From an uncultured Woeseiaceae bacterium (GTDB lineage Bacteria; Pseudomonadota; Gammaproteobacteria; Steroidobacterales; Woeseiaceae): 64,000 nt of DNA. Where the stretch lies: contig CAMYOJ010000006.1 in assembly GCA_947259985.1 (NCBI GenBank), forward strand, positions 342 through 64,341, read 5' to 3'. The position numbers and the translations under genes are program-made. Positions 30,364 through 40,169 of the stretch are shown in pieces. The notes below the pieces were generated by a model. That model saw nothing but the letters and a program-made list of their open reading frames with translations. It ran no database searches and was not told the origin of the DNA. Positions within the stretch are counted from its first letter, which is position 1; each line of letters opens with the position of its first letter.

Positions 30364-32178
30364 CTAGAGCGGCACCTCGTCGAACAGGCTGGCGCCCTGC
30401 TCCGCGCTGCACGAGCGTTCGCGGAAAGCGGAGAACAACTCGCGCCCCATGCCCGTATGAGTCACCTGCGGCGGCGGCGCCACGGCGCGACTTTCGAAAT
30501 CCGCCGCGTCCTGCACCTCGAGTACGCCTTTTGCGGCATCGATATGAATGAGGTCGCCGTCGCGAATCGCCGCGATGGCTCCGCCGGCAACCGCCTCGGG
30601 CGTTACATGAATGGCAGCCAGGACCTTGCCCGACGCGCCGGACATGCGTCCGTCGGTGACGAGCGCGACATTGTATCCCCTGTTTTGCAGCAGGCCGAGA
30701 TACGGTGTCAGTTTGTGCAATTCGGGCATGCCATTGCCACGTGGGCCCTGCTGCGATACGACCGCGACGAAGTCCTTCTCCAGTTCATCCTGGTTGAATG
30801 CGTCGACGAACGCCTGCTGCGACGCGAACACTCGCGCAGGTGCCGTGATCGCCTGGTGCTCCTGCTTGACGGCCGATACCTTGACCACGGCCCGGCCGAT
30901 ATTGCCGTTGACGAGGCGCATCCCTCCCTCCTCGTTGAAGGGCCTGGAACAGGGGCGCAGGATGTCTTCGTCCAGAGACCTGGGAGGCACCTCTGACCAG
31001 CGCAATTCACCGTCGACTCCGGCGGGTTCGCGACAGTAGGCCTGCAGCCCGGGACCCAGGATCGTATTGACGTCCTCATTCAGTAATCCATTTTGCAGCA
31101 TGTCATTCATCATGAAGCCGAGCCCGCCAGCCGCGTGGAAGTGGTTTACGTCTGCCGTGCCGTTCGGGTAGACGCGCGACAGCTGCGGCACGACTTGCGA
31201 GAGCTCTGAAAAGTCCTGCCAGTCGATGCTTATGCCTGCGGCGCGCGCTATCGCAACGAGGTGTATTGTGTGATTCGTGGACCCGCCTGTCGCGAGCAGG
31301 CCGACGATGCCATTGACAATCGATTTCTCGCTGACGACGCTTGCCAGCGGCTGGTAGTTGTCGCCAAGATTCGTCGTCTTGAGCACGGTCGCGACGGCCT
31401 CCTCGGTAAGCAGGTCTCGCAGTGGCGTGCCCGGGTTGACGAATGAACCGCCGGGCAGCTGCAAGCCCATGAACTCCATGAGCATCTGGTTACTGTTCGC
31501 CGTGCCGTAGAACGTACAGGTGCCGGGCGCGTGATAGGCGGCCGACTCGGCCGCAAGCAATTCATCTCTGCCGATTTTCCCGGCGGCGAACTGCTCGCGA
31601 ACCCGAGCCTTCTCCTTGTTGCCCAGTCCCGACACCATTGGCCCGGCCGGAACGAACACAACAGGCAGATGAGCGAAGGAAAGGGCGCCGATCAACAAGC
31701 CCGGAACGATCTTGTCGCAAATCCCGAGACACAGTACCGCGTCGAACATGTCGTGCGAAAGGGCGACCGCGGTCGAAAGCGCGATAACGTCACGACTGAA
31801 CAACGACAGATCCATACCGTCGGTTCCCTGCGTGACACCGTCGCACATCGCCGGCACGCCTCCGGCAACCTGCGCCACTGCACCATGCTTCCTGGCAGCA
31901 TTCTTGATGATCTCCGGGTAGGTCGAGAACGGCTGGTGCGCGCTCAGCATGTCGTTATAGGCTGTGACAACGCCGATATTCGGCACGACGCTGCCGGATA
32001 AGGCCTTTTTCTCGTCCGCGCCGCTGGCCGCGAAGCCGTGCGCGAGATTGCTGCAGGCGAGACCGCTTCGCGACGGCCCGTCACTGGCTGCCGCATCGAT
32101 ACGCGACAGGTATGCGTCGCGTCTTGCCTTGCTGCGTTCGATGATACGCGCCGTTACACTTTTGATGACCGGGTTCAT
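30364..32178 (-). CDS. edd: Phosphogluconate dehydratase (Entner-Doudoroff)
   Basis: The track ORF extends to 32286. The ATG at 32178 ([24 protein letters not shown]...) gives 604 aa, the normal Edd length. It belongs to the IlvD/Edd family. Confidence 0.9.
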   Translation of the reverse strand: MNPVIKSVTARIIERSKARRDAYLSRIDAAASDGPSRSGLACSNLAHGFAASGADEKKALSGSVVPNIGVVTAYNDMLSAHQPFSTYPEIIKNAARKHGAVAQVAGGVPAMCDGVTQGTDGMDLSLFSRDVIALSTAVALSHDMFDAVLCLGICDKIVPGLLIGALSFAHLPVVFVPAGPMVSGLGNKEKARVREQFAAGKIGRDELLAAESAAYHAPGTCTFYGTANSNQMLMEFMGLQLPGGSFVNPGTPLRDLLTEEAVATVLKTTNLGDNYQPLASVVSEKSIVNGIVGLLATGGSTNHTIHLVAIARAAGISIDWQDFSELSQVVPQLSRVYPNGTADVNHFHAAGGLGFMMNDMLQNGLLNEDVNTILGPGLQAYCREPAGVDGELRWSEVPPRSLDEDILRPCSRPFNEEGGMRLVNGNIGRAVVKVSAVKQEHQAITAPARVFASQQAFVDAFNQDELEKDFVAVVSQQGPRGNGMPELHKLTPYLGLLQNRGYNVALVTDGRMSGASGKVLAAIHVTPEAVAGGAIAAIRDGDLIHIDAAKGVLEVQDAADFESRAVAPPPQVTHTGMGRELFSAFRERSCSAEQGASLFDEVPL

Positions 32179-32194
32179 TGCATACAGACCTTTG

Positions 32195-32875
32195 TCAGGG
32201 CGCCCAGAAAACTCTGACAGGCGCACGTTTTTGCCGGAGCAGCTTCGACACTGGGAACCCGTTCGCGTCCGCACGGGCCTGCTCATAGATCGCGAGCTTT
32301 TCCTCGCCGAAGAACAACAGCACGACCTCGTCGCTGCGCGATATTCCCGCGAGCGTCATGCTGACTCGCGGATGCGGACTTGCGGCGGTCGCGACGGGGA
32401 TATAGAGACGCCCGCTTTCGACGTCGAGGCCTGACTCGAGATTATCCGCATCCGGAAACAGCGAAGCGAAATGTCCGTCGGTACCCATGCCAATCAGGGC
32501 GCACGAGAAAGGCAGCACCGGAAGCGGGTCCTGCAAATCATCGCAGCGCTGCTCCGCAGAGACACCTGCGGCGTAGACGGGCTGCAGCTGTGCTTCAGAT
32601 GCCTTGTCAACGAGTAGCGCTTCGCGCGCCAGTTTCTCGTTGCTGTCGTCATGATCGGGCGGCACCCAGCGCTCGTCGCTGAGCAATATGTCCACACGAT
32701 CCCAGTCGAGCGGCGTTTCCGAGAGTGCGCGAAAGCATTCGAGCGGCGATGAGCCACCGCTGATCACGAAGGACGCATGATCCTGGTGCTTCAGACGGTA
32801 TTTCAGCAGCTCGGCTATTCGCGAGGCAGCCGCGGTCGACGCTTCGTCGCGTGATTCAAATCGATGTTCGGTCAT
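32195..32875 (-). CDS. pgl: 6-phosphogluconolactonase
   Basis: The track ORF extends to 32989. The ATG at 32875 forms an ATGA overlap with the zwf stop and gives 226 aa ([24 protein letters not shown]..., ISGGSSP). Confidence 0.85.
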   Translation of the reverse strand: MTEHRFESRDEASTAAASRIAELLKYRLKHQDHASFVISGGSSPLECFRALSETPLDWDRVDILLSDERWVPPDHDDSNEKLAREALLVDKASEAQLQPVYAAGVSAEQRCDDLQDPLPVLPFSCALIGMGTDGHFASLFPDADNLESGLDVESGRLYIPVATAASPHPRVSMTLAGISRSDEVVLLFFGEEKLAIYEQARADANGFPVSKLLRQKRAPVRVFWAP

Positions 32876-34350
32876 GAGTCCTGATCCGTATGCCAGGCGC
32901 GCCCATCGCGGTCCAGTAGTAACGAGGAAGCCGTCGGCCCCCAGGAACCTGCGACGTACGCTTCTGCCTTTTGTTTCGATGTTTCCCAACCCTCGATGAT
33001 GCCGTCGATCCAGTGCCAGGCGGCTTCGACTTCATCACGGCGCATAAACAGCGCAGGATTACCGCGCAGCACTTCCATCAGCAGGCGTTCGTACGCGTCC
33101 GGGTATCGAACGTCGAAAGTCTCTTCGAAACTCAGGTCGAGCGCGACCTGCTGCAAATCGAAACCGCCGGGCCCGGGCTGCTTCGCCATGACGGACAGCT
33201 TCACGCCCTCGTCCGGCTGCAGTCGTATGCGCAGCAGGTTCGGCGATACGTCATACTTTTGCTGCGGAAAGATCGAATGCGGTACGTTCTGGAACTGCAC
33301 GACGATCTCCGAGTGCTTCTCTTCCAGTCGCTTCCCCGTGCGCAGGTAGAACGGTACGTTCGACCAGCGCCAGTTTTCGATCTCGAGCTTCAGGGCCACG
33401 AAGGTCTCGGCCGTACTCTTGTTTCCCTGCAACTCGTCGATATAACCGGGCACCGTCTGCTTGTTGATGGCGCCCGCCGAGTACTGGCCGCGAACGGTTT
33501 TCGCTTTCACGTCCTCCGCCTTGATCGGTCGCAGCGAGCGCAGCACCTTGATCTTCTCGTCACGCACGGCATCGTGGTGCAAACTCGAAGGCGGCTCCAT
33601 TGCGAACAGGCAGACGAGTTGCAGGATGTGGTTCTGTACCATGTCTCGCAACGCGCCGACTCGATCATAGAACTCGACGCGTCCCCCTACGCCGAGATCT
33701 TCAGCTACAGTGATCTGTACATTGTCGATCGCGCTTCGTCGCCACAATGGCTCGAACAAGGAGTTCGCAAAACGCAATGCCAGCAGGTTTTGTACGGTCT
33801 CTTTACCGAGATAATGATCGATACGGAAAATCTGATTCTCGGCGTAGCACGCGCCGACTTCGTTGTTGATTTCGCAGGCCGACTCGTAATCGTGGCCGAG
33901 CGGCTTCTCGAGCACGATGCGTCCCTGTGCAGTCACGAGACCATTGTGTTTCATGCCCTTCGCGACTGCGCCGAACAGGCTGGGCGCCGTCGCCAGGTAC
34001 GCGACCCGGACGCGGTCCTCGTGGCCGCCGAGCAGGTCGACGAGCCCCTGCCATTCGTCATGCGCGAACGCGTCGGTCTGCGCGTAATGAATGCGTTCGC
34101 TGAACGAGTGCCAGTGGGCATCGTCGAATTCGCCCTCGCGCAAGTTGTCGCGCAGCCCTGCCTCGACTTTGGCCAGGTACTCCTCACGCGTCATGGCACC
34201 GCGGCTGGCCGCGACAATGCGGCTGTCGGCCGTGATCTGACCGTCGAGATCGCGATGGTATAGCGCCGGCAGCAGCTTGCGCATTGCAAGATCTCCGGTA
34301 CCACCAAAAATGATGAGGTCGAATGTGTCGACCGGCACGAGTTGAGCCAT
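32872..34350 (-). CDS. zwf: Glucose-6-phosphate 1-dehydrogenase
   Basis: 492 aa with IIFGGTGDLAMRKLLPALY (NADP binding) and RIDHYLGKE (active site). Confidence 0.95.
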   Translation of the reverse strand: MAQLVPVDTFDLIIFGGTGDLAMRKLLPALYHRDLDGQITADSRIVAASRGAMTREEYLAKVEAGLRDNLREGEFDDAHWHSFSERIHYAQTDAFAHDEWQGLVDLLGGHEDRVRVAYLATAPSLFGAVAKGMKHNGLVTAQGRIVLEKPLGHDYESACEINNEVGACYAENQIFRIDHYLGKETVQNLLALRFANSLFEPLWRRSAIDNVQITVAEDLGVGGRVEFYDRVGALRDMVQNHILQLVCLFAMEPPSSLHHDAVRDEKIKVLRSLRPIKAEDVKAKTVRGQYSAGAINKQTVPGYIDELQGNKSTAETFVALKLEIENWRWSNVPFYLRTGKRLEEKHSEIVVQFQNVPHSIFPQQKYDVSPNLLRIRLQPDEGVKLSVMAKQPGPGGFDLQQVALDLSFEETFDVRYPDAYERLLMEVLRGNPALFMRRDEVEAAWHWIDGIIEGWETSKQKAEAYVAGSWGPTASSLLLDRDGRAWHTDQDS

Positions 34351-34372
34351 TGTGCTTCCCCAGGGGAATTTC

Positions 34373-34387
34373 TGTAATTTTACTACT
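34373..34387. promoter_or_regulatory. Candidate HexR operator 1 (TGTAATTTTACTACT)
   Basis: Lies in the zwf-hexR divergent region and resembles the gammaproteobacterial HexR box (TGTA-N7-TACA type). It is a near-copy of site 2. Confidence 0.6.
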
Positions 34388-34434
34388 TATCGGCGATTTA
34401 ATGTCAATAATAGGTGATTTCAAGTGAAATTTTT

Positions 34435-34449
34435 TGTAGTTTTACTACA
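34435..34449. promoter_or_regulatory. Candidate HexR operator 2 (TGTAGTTTTACTACA)
   Basis: The inverted half-sites TGTAGT and ACTACA are perfect and separated by TTT. The site's last base is the A of the hexR ATG, consistent with autoregulation. Confidence 0.65.
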
Positions 34450-35294
34450 TGCTCGACAAAATCAACGAAATCCTGCCCATGCTGAGCCCGTCCGAGGCGC
34501 GCGTCGGCCGGTGGATCCTCGCGCACCCCAAAGAGGCGGCCAACGCAACACTGGCACGTCTCGCGCGCGAGTGCGAAACGAGTGAACCGACGGTCCTGCG
34601 CTTCTGCCGGCGCGTCGGTCTCAGCGGCTTTCGCGATCTCGCCCTGAGACTCACCGAAGCACTCAGCAATCCGGTCAGATACGTGCATCGCGATGTCGGA
34701 CCTGACGATTCCACTCCTGACGCCATGCTCAAGGTCATGGACGCCTCCATCCAGTCGCTGATCGACATGCGCGCGCAGCTTTCATCCATGCCTGTCGAAG
34801 CCGCCGTCGAAGCGATGCGGGAAGCTCGCCAGATCGCGTTCGCGGGACTCGGCGCATCAGGGCACGTCGCAACAGATGCCTGTCACAAGTTTTTTCGACT
34901 TGGTATTCCCTGTACGTCGCTTTGCGACACGCCGATGATCCTGCAGTTCGCAGCCATCGCCGAACCCGAGGACGTGCTTGTCCTGTTATCCCACACAGGG
35001 CGCTGGCCGGACTTTGTGCGCGCGGCCAGGCTGGCCCGAAAGCGTGGCGCGACGGTGATCGCAATAACAAATCCGGAGTCCGACGTCGCAGCAGAAGTCA
35101 ACCTGCTATTCCCCTGCCAACTCATCGAGGATACGAGCGTCTACACGCCCATGAGTTCGCGCCTGGCGCAACTTGCACTGCTGGATGCCATACACGTCGC
35201 GCTGGCGCTCGCCAGGGGCGAGACAGCAAGCGACACCTTGCGTCGCAGCAAGGATGCGCTGAAGTCCAATTTTCCTGATATTTCAACGCATTAG
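34449..35294 (+). CDS. hexR: RpiR/HexR family transcriptional regulator (HTH plus SIS domain)
   Basis: 281 aa. The N-terminal HTH_6 region is LSPSEARVGRWILAHPKEAANATLARLARECETSEPTVLRFCRRVGLSGF. A SIS domain follows. The gene is divergent from zwf. Confidence 0.85.
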   Translation: MLDKINEILPMLSPSEARVGRWILAHPKEAANATLARLARECETSEPTVLRFCRRVGLSGFRDLALRLTEALSNPVRYVHRDVGPDDSTPDAMLKVMDASIQSLIDMRAQLSSMPVEAAVEAMREARQIAFAGLGASGHVATDACHKFFRLGIPCTSLCDTPMILQFAAIAEPEDVLVLLSHTGRWPDFVRAARLARKRGATVIAITNPESDVAAEVNLLFPCQLIEDTSVYTPMSSRLAQLALLDAIHVALALARGETASDTLRRSKDALKSNFPDISTH

Positions 35295-35438
35295 CGCGCG
35301 CATCCTTACGCGGAAAGCACCGCGTCCGGCAATGAGCGTCCGGTTGCCAGGATTTCCCGCTGCGGATGGCCCTTATTACGATATAAGCGGTTTGTGATAC
35401 AAATGTAGCGTCCAGAGGGCGTTAACGAAATCGACGAC

Positions 35439-36470
35439 ATGAAAGTCGAAAATCCGACATCCAGAGATATTGCAGACCTCGCCGGCGTATCGCAGGCGAC
35501 CGTGTCGCGCGCGCTCAGAAATTCGCCGCTCGTGCGCGAAGAAACCAGGAACCGGATCCAGGCGATTGCGCGTGAGCTGAACTATTTCGTCAACCGCAAT
35601 GCGGCGGGGCTGCGCACCCACCAGAGCAATACGATCGCACTGCTGCTGTTCGACGAAACGGGCGGCGAGGACGCCCAGATCAACCCGTTCTTCCTTCCCA
35701 TGCTCGGCTACATAACGCGTTCCGCCGCCGAGCTCGGCTACGACGTTCTCATTTCGATGCAGCAGTTGACCGACGACTGGCATATCGAATACCAGGCCAG
35801 CCATCGGGCTGACGGACTCATCCTGCTCGGCTACGGCGACTACATGACGTATCGCGAAAAGCTGCGGGCGCTCGCGCGGGCCAATACGCGCTTCATCATC
35901 TGGGGGCCAACCATAAACGAGCAGCCGGGTCACTCGATCGGCTGCGACAACGTCATCGGCGGTTTGCAGGCCGCGCGGCACCTGTTGGGTGCCGGTCGAC
36001 GCAGGATCGCGTTCCTCGGCAATACCACGCGGCGCTGTCCCGAATTTGCAGCCCGGTACGAGGGTTTCCGCAGGGCTCACGAGGAACTGGGCATCGGATT
36101 TGACCCGGGTCTCAAGGTCGATGCTGACAACCTCACGACGCTCGGGTCCAGGGGGATAGAGCAACTGCTCGCCGACGGCCGCGTATTCGACGCCGTATTT
36201 GCCGTGACCGATGCCATCGCTATCGATGCCATTCATGCGCTGCAGCAAAATGGCTACGACGTACCTGGCGACGTCGCGGTCGTGGGCTTCGACGACATAC
36301 CGCTCGCGGCGCACGTGACGCCCGCCTTGACCACGGTACGCCAGGACATCCGCCAGGCCAGCGAAGCACTCGTGAAGAGTATTGTCGGCCTCATCGAAGG
36401 CGAACCCGTCGAGTCCTCGCTCATGGCACCAAGGTTGATCGTCCGCCAGTCCTGCGGCGCGTCCGGCTAA
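35439..36470 (+). CDS. LacI family transcriptional regulator
   Basis: 343 aa. HTH segment RDIADLAGVSQATVSRALRNSPLVREETRNRIQAIARELNY, followed by a periplasmic-binding-protein-like sugar-binding fold. Confidence 0.9.
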   Translation: MKVENPTSRDIADLAGVSQATVSRALRNSPLVREETRNRIQAIARELNYFVNRNAAGLRTHQSNTIALLLFDETGGEDAQINPFFLPMLGYITRSAAELGYDVLISMQQLTDDWHIEYQASHRADGLILLGYGDYMTYREKLRALARANTRFIIWGPTINEQPGHSIGCDNVIGGLQAARHLLGAGRRRIAFLGNTTRRCPEFAARYEGFRRAHEELGIGFDPGLKVDADNLTTLGSRGIEQLLADGRVFDAVFAVTDAIAIDAIHALQQNGYDVPGDVAVVGFDDIPLAAHVTPALTTVRQDIRQASEALVKSIVGLIEGEPVESSLMAPRLIVRQSCGASG

Positions 36471-36494
36471 CGCGGCCAAGCGACCGCGGCGTCG

Positions 36495-37997
36495 CTATTG
36501 CGGCTCCGCTGCCTTGTCGACCAGCAGGGTCACGCCACCCGCCACGATCATCAGAATGCCGCCGATGACGAGCCCGAAAATCGTCTGCAAATCGAAGAAC
36601 TCGCGCAGCACGAGACCGAGGACACTCGCCGCGACGAGCTGCGGTATCACGATGAAGAAATTGAAGATACCCATGTAGACGCCCATCTTGTGCGACGGCA
36701 GATTGCTCGATAGCAGCGCATAGGGCAATGACAGTATCGACGCCCAGGCGATGCCGACACCGATCATCGGAACGATCAACAGCTTCGGGTCCTTGATGAA
36801 ATAGAAACTGATCAGGCCAAGCCCGCCGAGGCTGAGGTTGACCAGGTGCGACAAGCGGCAGCCGATACGATTCGCCACGAACGGTATGGCGATCGCCGCG
36901 AGTGCGGCGAATCCGTTGTAAGCCGCAAACAGGACGCCGTTCCAGTCGGCACCATCGTTGTAGGCTGCCGATGTCACGTCCGTCGTGCCGAAGTGATGGC
37001 TCGTCACGGCGGCCGTGCCGTAAATCCACATTGCGAACAACGCGAACCATGCGAAAAACTGCACGACGGCCAGTTGCCGCATGACTCTTGGCATGTGGAA
37101 CAGGTCGTGCATGATTTCGTACATGCCATTCCTCGTGTGGCCGCCGTTTTGCAGGATGCTCGTGATGACCTGAAGCACGCCGAACACGGCGAAGCCGCCC
37201 GCCAGCACATAGAGTTGCTTGTCGAGGCCGTTCGCCGTGATCCACGCCCACCCTGCAATGCCGATTGCGGTCCAGACGATGCCACCGTTACGGTACTTGC
37301 TGGCCGCCCGCAGCGTCACATCATCGGCAACATGCCCGGGGGGTCGTGCCGCATCGAACTCAGCCAGTTGCTCGGGTGAGTACTCGCGGGTCCTGAGCAC
37401 CGTCCAGCCTACGGCGAGGAAGAACACGGCGCCGCCCAGGTAGAAGGACAGCTTGACCGAATCCGGCACCACGCCGGGGGCTGCCGTATTGCTGACGTCG
37501 AACCAGTTGGTCATCATCCAGGGCAGCGCCGAAGCGACGATGGCGCCGACCCCGATAAAGAACGTCTGCATTGCGAAACCGCCGGTGCGTTGCTTCTCGG
37601 GCAACATGTCGCCGACGAATGCGCGGAACGGTTCCATCGAAATATTGATGCTGGCATCCATGATCCACAACATGCCGGCAGCGACCCAGAGTACTGGCGA
37701 ATTCGGCATGACGAATAACGCAAGCGACGCGAATATTGCGCCGACCAGGAAATACGGACGCCGGCGGCCGAGACGGTTCCAGGTCCGGTCGCTCATGTAC
37801 CCGATGATGGGCTGTACCAGCAGGCCGGTGAGCGGCGCAGCCACCCAGAGTATCGGGATATCGTCGATCTCGGCGCCCAGCGTCTGGAAGATGCGGCTGA
37901 CGTTGGCGTTCTGCAATGCGAAGCCGAACTGGATGCCAAGGAACCCGAAACACATGTTCCAGATTTGCCAGAACGAAAGGGCCGGTTTTTGTTTCAT
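36495..37997 (-). CDS. MFS sugar transporter (SLC45/GPH-like, probable maltose/maltodextrin inner-membrane importer)
   Basis: 500 aa with about 12 TM helices. The N-terminus [36 protein letters not shown] is typical of the SLC45-like bacterial family. It lies 2 nt downstream of the GH97 gene. Confidence 0.75.
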   Translation of the reverse strand: MKQKPALSFWQIWNMCFGFLGIQFGFALQNANVSRIFQTLGAEIDDIPILWVAAPLTGLLVQPIIGYMSDRTWNRLGRRRPYFLVGAIFASLALFVMPNSPVLWVAAGMLWIMDASINISMEPFRAFVGDMLPEKQRTGGFAMQTFFIGVGAIVASALPWMMTNWFDVSNTAAPGVVPDSVKLSFYLGGAVFFLAVGWTVLRTREYSPEQLAEFDAARPPGHVADDVTLRAASKYRNGGIVWTAIGIAGWAWITANGLDKQLYVLAGGFAVFGVLQVITSILQNGGHTRNGMYEIMHDLFHMPRVMRQLAVVQFFAWFALFAMWIYGTAAVTSHHFGTTDVTSAAYNDGADWNGVLFAAYNGFAALAAIAIPFVANRIGCRLSHLVNLSLGGLGLISFYFIKDPKLLIVPMIGVGIAWASILSLPYALLSSNLPSHKMGVYMGIFNFFIVIPQLVAASVLGLVLREFFDLQTIFGLVIGGILMIVAGGVTLLVDKAAEPQ

Positions 37998-37999
37998 TG

Positions 38000-40042
38000 T
38001 TATTCCGCCTTCGCTATCGGGCTGAATCGGATGGCCGTGCCGCCCCCTGCGGCCAGTTTCAGTTCGAGCATGTCTTTGCGGCTGAGGACACGTTGCTCGA
38101 CGACGTAGTCATACGGGTCGTCCTTCCAATGAGCATCATCACCGTCGCGGTAAATCGTCGCCTCGTAGCGCTGGCCGGCGACCAGGAACGACAACGGCAC
38201 TTCGATATCCCGCGCCACTTCGTCGGTGATCGCCCCAAGGTACCAGTCGTCGCCGCCGCGCTCCTGGCGTGCGAAAACGACAAAGTCACCGACCTCTCCC
38301 GCAAGCGCAACACTTTCTTCCCAGTCGGTCGGAACATCGACGATAAACTGGAACGCGTCGCTGTGCGTCGCGTAGTTCTCTGGCAAATCGGCTGCCATCT
38401 GGATCGGGCTGTAGAACACGACGTAGAGTGCGAGCTGGTGCATGAGCGTACTTTGCACACGGAACTCCGAGTCGGGTCCCTGATGGACGAGATCGAAAAT
38501 ACCCGGCGTAAAATCCATCGGCCCGGAGAGCATTCGCGTATAGGCCAGCGTCACGTTGTGCTCGAGCGGATTCGGTTTCGCCCAGGCTGCGTTGTACTCC
38601 TGGCCGCGAGCGCCCTCGCGGCTGATCCAGTTCGGATAGGTGCGCCGCAGCCCCGTGTCCTTGACAGGCTCGTGCGTATTGATGCTGATCCTGCGCTCGG
38701 CCGCTTCCTTCAGCACATGCTCGAAATGCCTGACCACAACCTGGCTGTCGTGCCACTCGTAGTGCATTACGCCGTTCTCGTCGACGCGCTGAATTCCGCC
38801 ACCGTCCGCAACGTATCCCGTCTTTACCTGGCGTACGCCGACCGATTCGTAGAGGTCGAAGGCATCTTCCATCTGCGCTTCGTAATTACTGATATGCCCG
38901 GAGGTTTCGTGATGCCCGATCAGGCGCACGCCCTTGTCGCGGCCGTAATCGGTGACGGCCCTGATGTCGAAATCCGGATAGCTCTCGGTAAAACTGAAGA
39001 TCGCACCGTTGTTGAACCAGTCACCGTCCCAACCCGTATTCCAGCCCTCGACGAGAACGCCATCGAAACCGTGTTCCGCTGCGAAGTCGATGTGGCGTTT
39101 CGTGCTCTCCGTCGTCGCCCCGTGCTTGTCGCCCGAGCCCCAGGTCTTTTCGTTTACGTGCATCGCCCACCAGATACCGATGTATTTGCCGGGCTCGACC
39201 CAGGATACGTCGCCGAGCGCATTCGGTTCGTTGAGGTTCAGGATCAGGCTCGAATTCAGCAGGCCCACCGCGTCGGGTGACACCTGGATCGTGCGCCACG
39301 GCGTCACGAACGGTGTTTTCGTCTTCACCCGTATGCCGTCGGACCGCGGCGTCAGGTTGGTCTGAAAGATCCCGTCACGTCGCTGATCCAGCATGTACCC
39401 GGCGTAGTCGACGAGTGCGGCCTCGTGCAGGCTAAGGTGCGTGCCACTTGCAAGGCGTAGCGTCACCGGCGTGTTGGCGAGCGCGATTTCGTCCAGACCC
39501 GACTCTTTGTACGGGAATTCGTAGCGATTCCAGGCCCGGCCCGGTATCCACCAGGCCGTCGCGTCGATCGGCAGGTGGAATTCCGTCACCTCATCCACGA
39601 TGTCTACGGCGCCATAAGCGTCCTGCCCGGGGACCTCGTAGCGGAATCCGATGCCGTCGTCGAAGACCCTCACACGGATCGAAAATTCGCGGTCCGGTCC
39701 GTCGGTGGAACGAAAAGTGACGAGCATCTCGTTGTGCCGATCGCGCACTGTCCGACGCTCGCCCCAGGGCTGCGTCCACGTCGTATCCTGGGAACGGCGC
39801 TTGACGGCTGCGATCTCGACGCTGCGATCGAGCGGCAACGCCGATTCGAAACGCAGTCCCAACATGGACTTGCGAATGACGACCTCGTCACCATAAGCGA
39901 CGGAATACGAGGGCCGACCCTCGGCATCGGTCGACAGGGAGAAGCGAATAAGCCCATCGGGCGAGAGCACATCGTCGGCTGACGCAGCCAGGCAGCTGAC
40001 GGCGCCAAGAAGAACGAACGATGCCCGTGCCAGCCGATTCAT
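38000..40042 (-). CDS. Glycoside hydrolase family 97 alpha-glucosidase (SusB-like), secreted
   Basis: The track ORF extends to 40087. The ATG at 40042 gives the signal peptide [22 protein letters not shown]. Supporting motifs are IGHHETSG...NYE, VKTGYV and [12 protein letters not shown]. The GH97 assignment is from memory of these motifs. Confidence 0.75.
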   Translation of the reverse strand: MNRLARASFVLLGAVSCLAASADDVLSPDGLIRFSLSTDAEGRPSYSVAYGDEVVIRKSMLGLRFESALPLDRSVEIAAVKRRSQDTTWTQPWGERRTVRDRHNEMLVTFRSTDGPDREFSIRVRVFDDGIGFRYEVPGQDAYGAVDIVDEVTEFHLPIDATAWWIPGRAWNRYEFPYKESGLDEIALANTPVTLRLASGTHLSLHEAALVDYAGYMLDQRRDGIFQTNLTPRSDGIRVKTKTPFVTPWRTIQVSPDAVGLLNSSLILNLNEPNALGDVSWVEPGKYIGIWWAMHVNEKTWGSGDKHGATTESTKRHIDFAAEHGFDGVLVEGWNTGWDGDWFNNGAIFSFTESYPDFDIRAVTDYGRDKGVRLIGHHETSGHISNYEAQMEDAFDLYESVGVRQVKTGYVADGGGIQRVDENGVMHYEWHDSQVVVRHFEHVLKEAAERRISINTHEPVKDTGLRRTYPNWISREGARGQEYNAAWAKPNPLEHNVTLAYTRMLSGPMDFTPGIFDLVHQGPDSEFRVQSTLMHQLALYVVFYSPIQMAADLPENYATHSDAFQFIVDVPTDWEESVALAGEVGDFVVFARQERGGDDWYLGAITDEVARDIEVPLSFLVAGQRYEATIYRDGDDAHWKDDPYDYVVEQRVLSRKDMLELKLAAGGGTAIRFSPIAKAE

Positions 40043-40082
40043 CGTTTCGATTGTACCAACATGATTCCCGCAAAGGACTGTT

Positions 40083-40096
40083 TGCAAACGTATTCA
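40083..40096. promoter_or_regulatory. Candidate LacI-type operator, copy 1 of the TGCAWACGTATTCA motif
   Basis: TGCAAACGTATTCA lies 41 nt upstream of the GH97 start and 74 nt upstream of the GH31-GH13 start. It matches the two copies at 49035..49067 at 13 of 14 positions. It overlaps the 10-bp perfect palindrome GTTTGCAAAC (40080..40089). Confidence 0.55.
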
Positions 40097-40169
40097 TCCG
40101 CGACAGATCGCTGAAATTACTAGTATTATTGCTCGCTCGACGTGATGCGCCGCGGGAGATTCGACGAGA

